38,700 bases of DNA from a virus (Duplodnaviria > Caudoviricetes). The translations under genes and the position numbers were made by a program. Shown piece after piece: positions 1 through 9,185 of the stretch (position 1 is its first letter; every line of letters starts with the position of its first letter). The stretch spans positions 1 to 38,700 of the IMG/VR virus record IMGVR_UViG_3300037423_002015; one strand, written 5' to 3'. The notes under the pieces are model-generated. The model made no database searches, was not told the DNA's origin, and worked only from the letters and a program-made list of their open reading frames with translations.

Positions 1-45
1 GACCGTAGCCTCAAGTCTGCAGGCGCTGCGATTGAGGCGGCGGAG
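1..45 (+). repeat. Terminal overlap, copy 1 (circular assembly)
   Basis: GACCGTAGCC...GGCGGCGGAG is identical to 38656-38700. Confidence 0.97.
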
Positions 46-65
46 AAGGGGAAGGAGCGAGACGT

Positions 66-266
66 ATGAAAAAGCCCAGACATTTGAAATACACAGACAT
101 TGTTATTGAGCCAGAAACCGATTCTTATCCGATAGGTTTGCCCGGAATGCCAGTTTATCTCACGGTTCGGTCAGCAAAGGCGGTTGGAAAATGGCTACTT
201 AATGCTGCCCAATATGTTGAGTCGAGGAAAAAGAAACTTGCGATAACTAACATTAACGAAAGCTGA
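66..266 (+). CDS. Hypothetical phage protein
   Basis: AAGGAG SD upstream. ATGA overlap with the ORF that crosses the circular junction. Confidence 0.7.
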   Translation: MKKPRHLKYTDIVIEPETDSYPIGLPGMPVYLTVRSAKAVGKWLLNAAQYVESRKKKLAITNINES

Positions 267-269
267 TTT

Positions 270-602
270 ATGAACGATCTAGAGAAACTATTGGCGCCGA
301 TTGAGAAACGCTCGTTAAAGGCGCACAGAGAAATCTGTGATTTAGCCGCGAGCAGTGGACGGGAGCGCTGGCGCATGACCATACCAGTTGATTACAGCCG
401 CGACTCTGACATGGTTTTGCAGGCGCCATTGGACGACATCACTCGCCTGCTGGCAGCAATTAGGCACTTGGATGAGGCGCTGGAGAAATATGAGACAATT
501 CCTCCGGCACCGGATTCATTTATTGAAATGGCAATGGCTGCCATGAGGAAAGAGGCTAAAACGGCCCGCGCCGAAGTTTTGGCGATTTTGAAGGGGGAAT
601 GA
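270..602 (+). CDS. Hypothetical phage protein
   Basis: 110-aa ORF packed in the operon, with an ATGA overlap to the next ORF. Confidence 0.7.
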   Translation: MNDLEKLLAPIEKRSLKAHREICDLAASSGRERWRMTIPVDYSRDSDMVLQAPLDDITRLLAAIRHLDEALEKYETIPPAPDSFIEMAMAAMRKEAKTARAEVLAILKGE

Positions 603-1105
603 GTGAGCGATTTACAGTTTTGGACGATAGTTTATTTAGCGATTGGAATGTATGCCGGCCACGGCGATATTTTTTCACCGCGCGAGAAAGTCTATCTCAT
701 GTTTTTTTGGCCGCGATTTATTCTTGGGTCGTGGCTCAAATGACCAACCTACCGCCGTCGATAGCCGAACATATCGAGTGCCTTTGTGAGGGAGATCCCG
801 TCTTCATGAATGGCGCCGAAGCGCTCTTCAACCACCTCCTTGAGTTGGCGCCGGAGTTTGATGACGATGCTGCACATGATTATTATTCTGCTTTGCCTGA
901 TTTCGACGAAGAGGACCCTGTCGACAATCGGATGAATGCCATTGCACTTGCCCGCTGGCAACACCAGCAATCATCCGCTCAAATCGCTGCGCTGAAGGCT
1001 GAGCTGGAAGATCTAAAGGCAGATCATTCCGCACTCAGAGTGAAACTGGCGCAAAGAGATTCGGAACTGGATCACATAGCAAATCGATTGTGCGCGAAAT
1101 CATAA
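599..1105 (+). CDS. Hypothetical protein with C-terminal coiled coil
   Basis: GGGGG SD and ATGA coupling. Heptad pattern IAALKAELEDLKADHSALRVKL. Confidence 0.6.
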   Translation: MSERFTVLDDSLFSDWNVCRPRRYFFTARESLSHVFLAAIYSWVVAQMTNLPPSIAEHIECLCEGDPVFMNGAEALFNHLLELAPEFDDDAAHDYYSALPDFDEEDPVDNRMNAIALARWQHQQSSAQIAALKAELEDLKADHSALRVKLAQRDSELDHIANRLCAKS

Positions 1106-1170
1106 CAATAATTTCGATTGAACAATTCAATGGACAGCGGAAAGCTGAGATTTTTCAGAGGTAACTTCAC

Positions 1171-2160
1171 TTGATCTTGAATAATGTCGCCCGTCGCGAA
1201 GGAGAGTATCTCGACAAGATGTTTGTCGTGACAGTGATCTCAAATGCCTGCCGCTATAAGCGGCGCCCAGAACTTTACAGGCGATTCGCGAAAATGTGCG
1301 CGCGAGCTGGCATCAATCTAATCACGGTTGAGCTCGCATTCGGCCAGCGCAAACACGAGGTCACGCATCACGATCATCCATTGCACTTGCAATTGCGCTC
1401 AGATGAAGAATTTTGGCATAAAGAGAATTTGGGTAATATCGGGATCGCGCATGGCAGAAGACTTTTCCCTGATGCCGATAGTGTATGCTGGATAGACGCA
1501 GATTGCCATCCGGCTAGAGATCCGCGCGATTGGTTCGAAGAAACATGGCACGAACTTCAGCACAATAAATTCGTTCAGATGTGGGAGTGGCTTCAGCCGC
1601 TTGACTACAACCAATCACCATTATGTGCACCAAATCCGAGCTTCATGGCTAATTACGTGAAATTTGGGACACCCTACCCGAAAGCTGCCAACGGATATCC
1701 CCAAAGCTGGGGTTCACCAGGACTTGCCTGGGCTGCGCATTTATCAGCCCTTGACGAGATTGGCGGGATACCTGACGTTGCTATCCTTGGTGCAGGTGAC
1801 TGGTACTTAGCACACATGCTGATATCTGATTTGGAGATTCCAGATATGGCTAAGCAGGGCTACTCGCCTGGCTATCGCGACTATTGGGCGCACAAACAAA
1901 AGCTTTGCAACAGGCATATTAAGCGTGACGTTGGTTACGTGAAGGGCCTCGTGAACCATGACTGGCATGGAAAGACTATCAATCGCGGCTACAATACCAG
2001 GGAGCGTATTCTAATCGAAGGCCAATACGACCCGCGCTACGATATTAAGCGGGACGGTCAGGGCGTTTACCAAATGGAGACTGAAGAACCTAGACAAATT
2101 CAAATGTACGATCGCATTCGCGCATATTTCAGGGCCCGATCAGAAGACGAAATTTCCTAA
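1171..2160 (+). CDS. Putative GT-A fold glycosyltransferase-like protein
   Basis: HKENLGNIG followed by VCWIDAD (DxD motif), GG..D...G.GD and a late H-x-W-H, the typical GT2-like motif order. TTG start with GAGGT SD. Confidence 0.6.
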   Translation: MILNNVARREGEYLDKMFVVTVISNACRYKRRPELYRRFAKMCARAGINLITVELAFGQRKHEVTHHDHPLHLQLRSDEEFWHKENLGNIGIAHGRRLFPDADSVCWIDADCHPARDPRDWFEETWHELQHNKFVQMWEWLQPLDYNQSPLCAPNPSFMANYVKFGTPYPKAANGYPQSWGSPGLAWAAHLSALDEIGGIPDVAILGAGDWYLAHMLISDLEIPDMAKQGYSPGYRDYWAHKQKLCNRHIKRDVGYVKGLVNHDWHGKTINRGYNTRERILIEGQYDPRYDIKRDGQGVYQMETEEPRQIQMYDRIRAYFRARSEDEIS

Positions 2161-2173
2161 ACACGGAGGACAT

Positions 2174-2383
2174 ATGAAAATTCAACTGACTCAGACAAAT
2201 GGCAAGCCCCTGATTGTTGATTCGAACGACTGGCTTTTTCTAGAGCCCGGCGATGACGGAGTAACTACCCACATCGTGTTCGGAGCAGAATTTGTGCGCG
2301 TTGTGAAAGAGCCGATTGGCGCGATCACAGCGCTGACAGGCATCGAACATCCAGCAGTTGTGCCACTCGCGGCAGCACCTTAG
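2174..2383 (+). CDS. Small protein resembling the FlbD/SwrD family
   Basis: Strong GGAGG SD. MKIQLTQTNGKPLIVDS...T.I.F...VRVVKEPI resembles the FlbD pattern MI.LT..NG......N..I......T.I......V.ES. Confidence 0.5.
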   Translation: MKIQLTQTNGKPLIVDSNDWLFLEPGDDGVTTHIVFGAEFVRVVKEPIGAITALTGIEHPAVVPLAAAP

Positions 2384-2585
2384 GCATTTCTTAACGGCAC
2401 AATTTTTAGGACAAATTCACAAGTGTAGAGGTCCGAAATACGTCCGGTCTGGCCGGACGCGGGCCTCAGAACGCATATAGAGCATTTGCGGCGCCAATTC
2501 TTGTGCACGAGAATTGGAATGGCAGAGCTTTGTGAAATGGCTTAGGATTGCGCTGATTTTGAGCGCGCTTATTTTGAGGATTCCT

Positions 2586-2924
2586 ATGGGCGGAAAACGA
2601 CGCGATCCAGATACATATATATTCAAACCGCCGCCAGTAGATTCGCCAAAGGTGAAGGCAGAACCGCGAAAACGGGTTTTGCAGGGTGATCTCGAAGAGG
2701 CGGCATTTGGGAGAAAAATGTTTCACGTTTCAATCGTCAAAAAAGATGGCACTCGCGAGCGTGCAAAAACAGATGGCGGCCAAGATGAGTTTAGCAAGAA
2801 AAAGGATGCAATCGAATTCGGAGGCAAGATTGCAAATCAAGCTAAAGAGAATTCAATTGCTCTCATTCAAATTTTCCAGGGTGGAGTCGCAAATCCTATT
2901 TGGTCATGGTCTGCGCAATTATAG
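2586..2924 (+). CDS. Hypothetical protein
   Basis: GAGGA SD before ATG 2586, which is preferred over the longer ORF start at 2514. Confidence 0.65.
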   Translation: MGGKRRDPDTYIFKPPPVDSPKVKAEPRKRVLQGDLEEAAFGRKMFHVSIVKKDGTRERAKTDGGQDEFSKKKDAIEFGGKIANQAKENSIALIQIFQGGVANPIWSWSAQL

Positions 2925-2933
2925 CGTTGGTGC

Positions 2934-3146
2934 TCAGTGTTCTCGCTCGTCAGCATCCATAATCTCGAGCTCGTGCCTAATCTGTGCCGAGAGCATTTCG
3001 AGACCCGCCAGAATTTTCAGCAGATTCATTTCTGTTTTTGAAGATAATCGAATATCAACTTGATTTCGACGCTTTGATGGCAAAACCTGCGGTGTCACAT
3101 CAGAGGCATCGAAGATTTCATGATCTGGTCTCGATTTCTTTTCCAC
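2934..3146 (-). CDS. Hypothetical protein
   Basis: 70-aa ORF filling the gap between + strand genes. No motif recognised. Confidence 0.35.
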   Translation of the reverse strand: MEKKSRPDHEIFDASDVTPQVLPSKRRNQVDIRLSSKTEMNLLKILAGLEMLSAQIRHELEIMDADEREH

Positions 3147-3229
3147 AAGCTGAAGCTTAGCGGTCCCGGTATATCTATGAAAAGTCTAGGTCGTCGCTTT
3201 TCACCAGCCTCTGTTTTATACTTCAGCTC

Positions 3230-4102
3230 ATGGCAGAACTATTAAAGGTAGAGGCTGATTTTACGCCGTTTATCAATCAGCTCCAGGAATTGGCTCCAGC
3301 AAAGTGGGCGGGAGTACTCGCACAGGCGTTGAACGAAAGCGGCTACTACGCTCTGAACAAATACAAGGCAACAATGCCAAGTTATTTCGATCGTCCAACT
3401 CCATACACGGTCAACTCGATGTATCTTAAGAAAGCAACGAGCACGGATCTGAACGCAAGTGTGCAGTGGAAGACTTCATCTACCGGCGGCTCCGCTGGAA
3501 AATATCTTCAACCAGAAGTGTTTGGAGGCAAGCGGCCGACCAAAGGTTTCGAACGCGCATTGCAGTCCGCTGGACTCATGCCAAAAGGTTATGTCGCTGT
3601 ACCTACTGACGAGGCACCGAAAGATTCTTTCGGCAATGTGCCGGCTTCGTTTCAACAAACGATTCTGAAATATTTGAAAGCCAATCCAGTGAGACAAGCC
3701 AGCAAACAATTCACGAGTCTCAAAGCGATGGGATTCAGTAGGCTAGTTGTTGGGGTTGCTAAAACTGCAATGAACTACGAGCGGAAGGCGGCAAACGAAT
3801 CCCGGGCATTCGCCCGCAATCAGCGCTACTTCACCATTCAGCCAGATGATAAGTCTCGATTGCCAATAGGAATCTATGAACGAACGTCATCAAGCGCAGG
3901 CGCTGCGCTGCCCATCGGCAATCAAGGTGCAGCCGGTGGTGGAGCGCTTGGAATACGTAAGCTATTTAGCTTCGTGTCGAGCGCAACATACAAGGTCAGT
4001 TATCCATTCGAACAGATTGGTAAGGACGCCGTGCAATCGAAGTTCGCCGATAAACTTAGCGCCGCAATTGCTGCCTCAGTAGAAAAGGCTAAGGCTAAGT
4101 AG
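3230..4102 (+). CDS. Conserved phage protein upstream of terminase, probable gpZ/HK97-gp10-like tail completion protein
   Basis: ALN...FDRPTPYT.NS...YL.P.V.GG.R..K.FE..L...G..P.G...VP motifs. No other gpZ-like gene is seen in the neck region. Confidence 0.55.
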   Translation: MAELLKVEADFTPFINQLQELAPAKWAGVLAQALNESGYYALNKYKATMPSYFDRPTPYTVNSMYLKKATSTDLNASVQWKTSSTGGSAGKYLQPEVFGGKRPTKGFERALQSAGLMPKGYVAVPTDEAPKDSFGNVPASFQQTILKYLKANPVRQASKQFTSLKAMGFSRLVVGVAKTAMNYERKAANESRAFARNQRYFTIQPDDKSRLPIGIYERTSSSAGAALPIGNQGAAGGGALGIRKLFSFVSSATYKVSYPFEQIGKDAVQSKFADKLSAAIAASVEKAKAK

Positions 4103-4313
4103 GTTTCACCGGCTTGTCTGGATTAAGTAGTGCGCGGTCGATTCTAATTCCTGATTGTGTCTCAAGATGCTCGAGCATCTTAGATGCTACGAAGACACGC
4201 TCAACACCATCCAGGTTTAGCTCGTCAAGCGCTCTTAGCAATCTGTTAACACAGACTTCGAGCGTCCGCGTGTGCATATCTGCTTTGATTTGATCAGCCA
4301 TGTGTGAACTCAT
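4095..4313 (-). CDS. Hypothetical protein
   Basis: 72-aa helical-looking ORF convergent with 3230..4102. Confidence 0.35.
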   Translation of the reverse strand: MSSHMADQIKADMHTRTLEVCVNRLLRALDELNLDGVERVFVASKMLEHLETQSGIRIDRALLNPDKPVKPT

Positions 4314-4372
4314 AGCGACCTTGGGCTTGCATATGCAATCGGAATTGCGCGCGCGACGCTATAGGAAATGCC

Positions 4373-4472
4373 GGGTCCTTCCCAGCCCTTGGCTCGCGGG
4401 TGTGTTCGCACCGCGCCTTATATCTAGGCGTGAGAATTTTTTCTGTGTTAACCGGCAGTTGCGACGGTTAAC
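4373..4472 (+). other. Putative lambda-type cos packaging site (cosQ-cosN-cosB)
   Basis: GGGTCCT at 4373-4379 is identical to lambda cosQ. An imperfect dyad CGCGGGTG-TGTTCG-CACCGCG follows at 4395-4415, then a perfect inverted repeat GTTAACCG/CGGTTAAC at 4447-4472, directly upstream of terS. Confidence 0.7.
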
Positions 4473-4539
4473 CCGGATATGCTCTTTTCGATAGTATGTG
4501 GCGCGTTGAAAACCTTTACCTATTGAAAGAATCTTGACG

Positions 4540-5109
4540 ATGGCGCTGATGTCGTTTGCCGAATATGCGAAGCATCGCGGAGTCTCGAAAGCGGCGGTTA
4601 CGAAGGCCGTGCAGGCCGGTCGAATTTCCACTGAGGTCGACGAAACTGGCAAGCGGAAAATCAATCCGGAAGTGGCCGATCGTGAATGGAAGGACCATAC
4701 GCAGGCGGATAAGCTGCATATTCCGACTCAGCGGGAACGCAAGGAACTGACCGCGAAGGTCGTCGAAGAAAGCGGATCGACCCAAGAAAATTACGACGAT
4801 AATGAATTGTCGCCCGATGATCCTGATTTCAATCCATTCACGAGTTTTACAAAAAGCCGTGCACTCAAGGAGCATTATAACGCCAATCTTGCACGGTTGG
4901 AGTACGAGGAGAAGATCGGGAAGCTGGTAAGTGCCGAGGAGGTCAAAAATGCGGCGTTCAAACGCGCGCGCGCGGTAAGGGACGGATTGCTAGCATTGCC
5001 AGACCGCCTCTCTGCGGAAATGGCTGCCGAGACCAATCAGTTTCGCGTTCATGCACGGCTCACCGAGGAAATCCGCAAAGTGCTCCGCTCGCTGGATGAT
5101 AATGGATGA
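4540..5109 (+). CDS. terS: Terminase small subunit (Nu1-like)
   Basis: N-terminal wHTH (SFAEYAKHRGVSKAAVTKAV..GRI), ARLEYEEKIGKLV and LLALPDRL. Precedes terL. Confidence 0.9.
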   Translation: MALMSFAEYAKHRGVSKAAVTKAVQAGRISTEVDETGKRKINPEVADREWKDHTQADKLHIPTQRERKELTAKVVEESGSTQENYDDNELSPDDPDFNPFTSFTKSRALKEHYNANLARLEYEEKIGKLVSAEEVKNAAFKRARAVRDGLLALPDRLSAEMAAETNQFRVHARLTEEIRKVLRSLDDNG

Positions 5110-7030
5110 TCGCACGGAAGAAACGCTCGACGATGAACTGAGTGCAGCGGCAGTTTCAGCGCACAAGTGCTATGCGGAGGCCTTCAATTCGGGCCTTCAG
5201 CCGGATCCAGATCTATCTGTTGGTGAGTGGGCAAACCAGCACCGCATTCTGAGTGGGAAAGCATCAGCTGAGCCCGGACCCTATAGAATTGAACGCACCC
5301 CATATCTCAAGGAGATTGCCGACTGCTTATCTCCTGGTTCGCCAGTCCAGCGCATTGTCTTCATAAAGAGCGCACAGGTAGGCGCATCAGAACTCGGCTT
5401 CAATTGGATCGGCTACATCATGCATGCCAGTCCTGGCCCTGTGATGATGGTTCAGCCAACGATCGAACTGGCCGAAAAGGTTTCCAAACAGCGAATTGCG
5501 CCAATGATAGAGGAAACGCGTGTTCTCTCGGAACTCATCTCGGCGAAGTCGAGAGATTCCGGAAACACCGTCCTACTCAAGGAATTCAGAGGCGGTATTC
5601 TCGCCATGACCGGTGCAAACTCCGGTGTCGGACTTCGTAGCATGCCGGTGCGATTTCTGTTTTTAGACGAAGTGGATGGCTATCCGCATGACATTGATGA
5701 TGAGGGCTCTCCGATATCGTTGGCGGAGAAGCGCACTCAAACTTTTGGCGTGCGGAAAAAAATCTTCATGCCAAGCACTCCGACAGTTAAGGACGCGTCC
5801 GTGATCGAGAGTGAATACCTGGCGAGCGACCAGCGTCGCTATTTTGTGCCATGCGCTCATTGCGGTGTAATGGATTGGCTCAAGTGGAAGCAGATTCGAT
5901 GGGACGACAAAGATCCGGCCACTACGCGCTACGTCTGTGAACATTGTGGCGGAGAGATGCGTGAACATCATAAGACAGAGATGCTTCGACAAGGCGAATG
6001 GCGCGCGACTGCTCCCGGCTCGTTAACGGCTGGCTTCCACATCAGTGCCCTATACTCACCAGTGGGATGGACCTCTTGGTCCGACATCGTGGCGGAATTT
6101 CTCAAGGCGCAAGGTGATCCGCCGGCGCTGAAAACCTTCACCAACACAATCCTCGGCGAAACCTGGGAGGAGGAATACTCCAACAGATTGGGGCCAGATG
6201 ATCTCATGTCGCGCGCTGAACCCTTGGAAGTGATGCCTGAAAATGCTTGGGTTGCCACCGCCGGTATCGATGTGCAGGACAACCGTTTGGCCATTAAGAT
6301 TGATTGTTGGGGACGAGACGAAGAGTCCTGGGTTGCGCTCTACCAGGAAATAAGCGGAGATCCCGCGAAGCCAGAGGTATGGGCGCAGCTTGAGAATCTT
6401 CTGCTTCAACCGATCCCAAGAAAGAATGGTGATTTAAGAATTTCCGCGGCCGCAATCGATTCAGGCGGTCACCACACCCATGAGGTCTATCAGTTCACGC
6501 GTCGCCATCGCGCGAAAAACTGGATAGCGGTGAAAGGATCAAGCCAACGAAACAAGCCAGCGATCTCAAAGCCGACGAAGGTGGATATGAACTTCAAAGG
6601 CAAGTCAGTTCGGCGTGGCGCGGAAGTTTATATGGTCGGAACTGACACGATAAAAAGCGTGATCTATTCACGAATAAAATTTAACCAGCCAGGGCCCGGG
6701 TACATTCATTTTGGACTTGAGCTCACGCCGGAATTCTTCGAGCAATTGACTTCGGAACGTCAGGTCACCCGGTACGTCAAAGGATTTCCAATCAAGGATT
6801 GGAAGAAGAAGGACAACCAGCGCAACGAAGCGTTGGACTGTGCGGTTTACAGCTATGCCGCTTTTCAGCTCCATATGAGCAAATACAACCGAAAAACCTA
6901 TTGGGATCAGATGGAAAAACTGGCCAGCAAACTAGCCCAAACAAGCCCAAATAACGATCAGGCTGGACAGATTAAACCCGAAAAACCCAGAATTACGCCT
7001 AAACGGACCAATTTTGTGAACAATTGGTGA
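5102..7030 (+). CDS. terL: Terminase large subunit, lambda gpA family
   Basis: RTPY adenine-binding motif, Walker A KSAQVGASE, Walker B LFLDEVD, STPT, CxxC...CxxC, GIDVQD, NEALDCAVY. Confidence 0.97.
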   Translation: MDDRTEETLDDELSAAAVSAHKCYAEAFNSGLQPDPDLSVGEWANQHRILSGKASAEPGPYRIERTPYLKEIADCLSPGSPVQRIVFIKSAQVGASELGFNWIGYIMHASPGPVMMVQPTIELAEKVSKQRIAPMIEETRVLSELISAKSRDSGNTVLLKEFRGGILAMTGANSGVGLRSMPVRFLFLDEVDGYPHDIDDEGSPISLAEKRTQTFGVRKKIFMPSTPTVKDASVIESEYLASDQRRYFVPCAHCGVMDWLKWKQIRWDDKDPATTRYVCEHCGGEMREHHKTEMLRQGEWRATAPGSLTAGFHISALYSPVGWTSWSDIVAEFLKAQGDPPALKTFTNTILGETWEEEYSNRLGPDDLMSRAEPLEVMPENAWVATAGIDVQDNRLAIKIDCWGRDEESWVALYQEISGDPAKPEVWAQLENLLLQPIPRKNGDLRISAAAIDSGGHHTHEVYQFTRRHRAKNWIAVKGSSQRNKPAISKPTKVDMNFKGKSVRRGAEVYMVGTDTIKSVIYSRIKFNQPGPGYIHFGLELTPEFFEQLTSERQVTRYVKGFPIKDWKKKDNQRNEALDCAVYSYAAFQLHMSKYNRKTYWDQMEKLASKLAQTSPNNDQAGQIKPEKPRITPKRTNFVNNW

Positions 7031-7048
7031 CCTTTCATTGGAGGCAGA

Positions 7049-7603
7049 GTGAAAATCCCAAATGTCCTGGTTCAGGGCGACTCTCTGACTTGGAAAGATT
7101 GTTCAACTTGGGACAATGCGCGCAATCCGATCACGTCTGATATATGGACACTTACTTACGTCATTCGTGGGCCATCCGTCCTCGATTTAACCGCGGGCGC
7201 TGACGGATCTGGGTGGGCAACCTCGATTACCTCCAGCCAAAGTTCGGGGCTGACTCCCGGCGCATATTTTTGGCAGGCCTTTGCAACCAATGCTCAACAA
7301 CGGATAACTCTCGGTAGCGGGCAGCTTACGGTAGAGGCCAACTTAAGTTCACAGACCGCGCCATACGATGGCCGCTCCCAAACCCAGAAAGATCTTGAAG
7401 CGGTGCAAGCCGCGATGCGCGCCATAGTCACAGGAGGTGGAGTCCAGCGTTATTCAATCGGCAATCGAAGCGTCGAGAAAATGTCGATGGCAGATCTGAT
7501 CGCAATTGAGTCTAAACTCAAATATCGTTTGGCGCTCGAGCGAAGAAAAGAATCCATTGAAAATGGAAACGGCGATCCTACTAAACTCCTGGTGAGGTTC
7601 TAA
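7049..7603 (+). CDS. Head-to-tail joining protein (gpW-like C-terminus with N-terminal extension)
   Basis: Lies between terL and portal. C-terminal GGVQRYSIGNRSVEK..MADL. GGAGG SD and GTG start. Confidence 0.75.
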   Translation: MKIPNVLVQGDSLTWKDCSTWDNARNPITSDIWTLTYVIRGPSVLDLTAGADGSGWATSITSSQSSGLTPGAYFWQAFATNAQQRITLGSGQLTVEANLSSQTAPYDGRSQTQKDLEAVQAAMRAIVTGGGVQRYSIGNRSVEKMSMADLIAIESKLKYRLALERRKESIENGNGDPTKLLVRF

Positions 7604-7604
7604 A

Positions 7605-9113
7605 GTGAAAATTTGGCCGTGGTCGAGAAAACAGCCGATTAAGAAAGCAGCTCAGCGAGCCTTCGCTGGCGCCATGTATGGCCGATTAGTTACGGATTGG
7701 ATTGCAGCCTCGACCTCGGTCGATTCCGAAATTAAAGGATCTCTCCGCGCGCTACGCAATCGTAGTCGTCAGCTGGGTCGGGACAACGATTACGTGAAAG
7801 GCTTCTTACGAGAAGCTCAGAACAACATTGTCGGAGAAGGAATTCCCTTTCAGGCGCAGGTAAAAAAACAGCGCGGTGGCAGACTTCACGACGACATCAA
7901 TGATACCATCCATTTGAAGTTTGATCGTTGGGCGAGGAAGGAATACTGCCATACTGGTGGAACGCTTGCCTGGGAAGACATTCAACGTGTTTGCATTCGC
8001 AGTGCCGCTGAAGGTGGAGAGATATTTGCTCGCCTTGTTCGTCAATCCTTCGGCGGTTCGAAGATACCTCTCGCCATCGAACTAATTGAGGCGGATCAAC
8101 TCGACGAGACTTTGACCGGAACGTGGGAAAATGGAAACGAAATCCGGATGGGGGTCGAAGTTGATCAGTGGCAACGTCCCGTTGCATATCACTTCTGGCA
8201 GCGCCACCCCGGTGATTTTCAGTTTACTGGCTCGCAGCAAGTTCCAAACAGCCACAATCGAATACGTGTTCCTGCATCCGAGGTCATTGCGCTTCAGATG
8301 TTCGACCGCCCTGGCCAAACTCGATCTGTACCATGGTTGGCTAGCGCGATCATGCGCCTACATCAGGTTGGTGGATTCGAGGAAGCAGAAGTCATTGCTG
8401 CGCGCGCGGGCGCCGCTCTCATGGGGATCATCGAGACACCCGAGGGAGATGCTCCCGCCGAGGAAACAATGGACGGCGATCAGGTTACCGAATTCGCGCC
8501 GGGGTTAATAAAAAAACTAGGCCCTGGCGAGAAGTTCACGGTTCCTGACATGCATCGACCAAATGGACAGTTCGTCCCCTTCACTAGTGCAATGCTTCGC
8601 GCAGTCGCGGCCGGCGCCGGGACTTCATATGCGACAATGTCGCGCGACTATTCTGCCTCCAATTTTAGCTCGAGCAGAATGGACATGTTGAGCGAGCGCG
8701 ACAACTGGAGAATTTTGCAGAAATGGACGATTCGCAATTTCCATCAGCGCGTCTTCGAGGCCTGGCTAGATATGGCCGTTCTCGCCGGAGAGCTCGATCT
8801 TCCGGGCTACGAAACTCAGCCCGAAAGATACCAAAATGTGAAATGGATGCCGCGCGGTTGGGCTTGGATTGATCCTGTGAAGGAAGTCACCGCGGCAAAA
8901 GAGGCAATTCTTGGCGGTCTTTCAACTCAGAGTCAGGTCTTGGCGCAGCAGGGCGAAGACATCGAAGAATTGCTCACTCAGCGCGCGCGCGAAGTGGAGT
9001 TGGCCAAGAAGAACAACCTCGTCTTCGATACTGATTTCGCCAATGACAAGCCGGTCGCGCCCAAAGGCGGGCCGCTCGCGAATGAGGATGGTGGGGACGC
9101 CCAGGCCGGCTAG
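7605..9113 (+). CDS. Portal protein, lambda family
   Basis: LRNRSRQL.RDN, GVEVD.WQRPVAY, RPGQTRSVP, DYS..NFSSSR, WIDP.KE. Confidence 0.96.
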   Translation: MKIWPWSRKQPIKKAAQRAFAGAMYGRLVTDWIAASTSVDSEIKGSLRALRNRSRQLGRDNDYVKGFLREAQNNIVGEGIPFQAQVKKQRGGRLHDDINDTIHLKFDRWARKEYCHTGGTLAWEDIQRVCIRSAAEGGEIFARLVRQSFGGSKIPLAIELIEADQLDETLTGTWENGNEIRMGVEVDQWQRPVAYHFWQRHPGDFQFTGSQQVPNSHNRIRVPASEVIALQMFDRPGQTRSVPWLASAIMRLHQVGGFEEAEVIAARAGAALMGIIETPEGDAPAEETMDGDQVTEFAPGLIKKLGPGEKFTVPDMHRPNGQFVPFTSAMLRAVAAGAGTSYATMSRDYSASNFSSSRMDMLSERDNWRILQKWTIRNFHQRVFEAWLDMAVLAGELDLPGYETQPERYQNVKWMPRGWAWIDPVKEVTAAKEAILGGLSTQSQVLAQQGEDIEELLTQRAREVELAKKNNLVFDTDFANDKPVAPKGGPLANEDGGDAQAG

Positions 9114-9185
9114 AAATTTGGGTGATCTGGTCCAGCCTAAAAATATTTCTTGCGGTGCTCTCCCCGAAAAAGTCACGTTTTTCAC

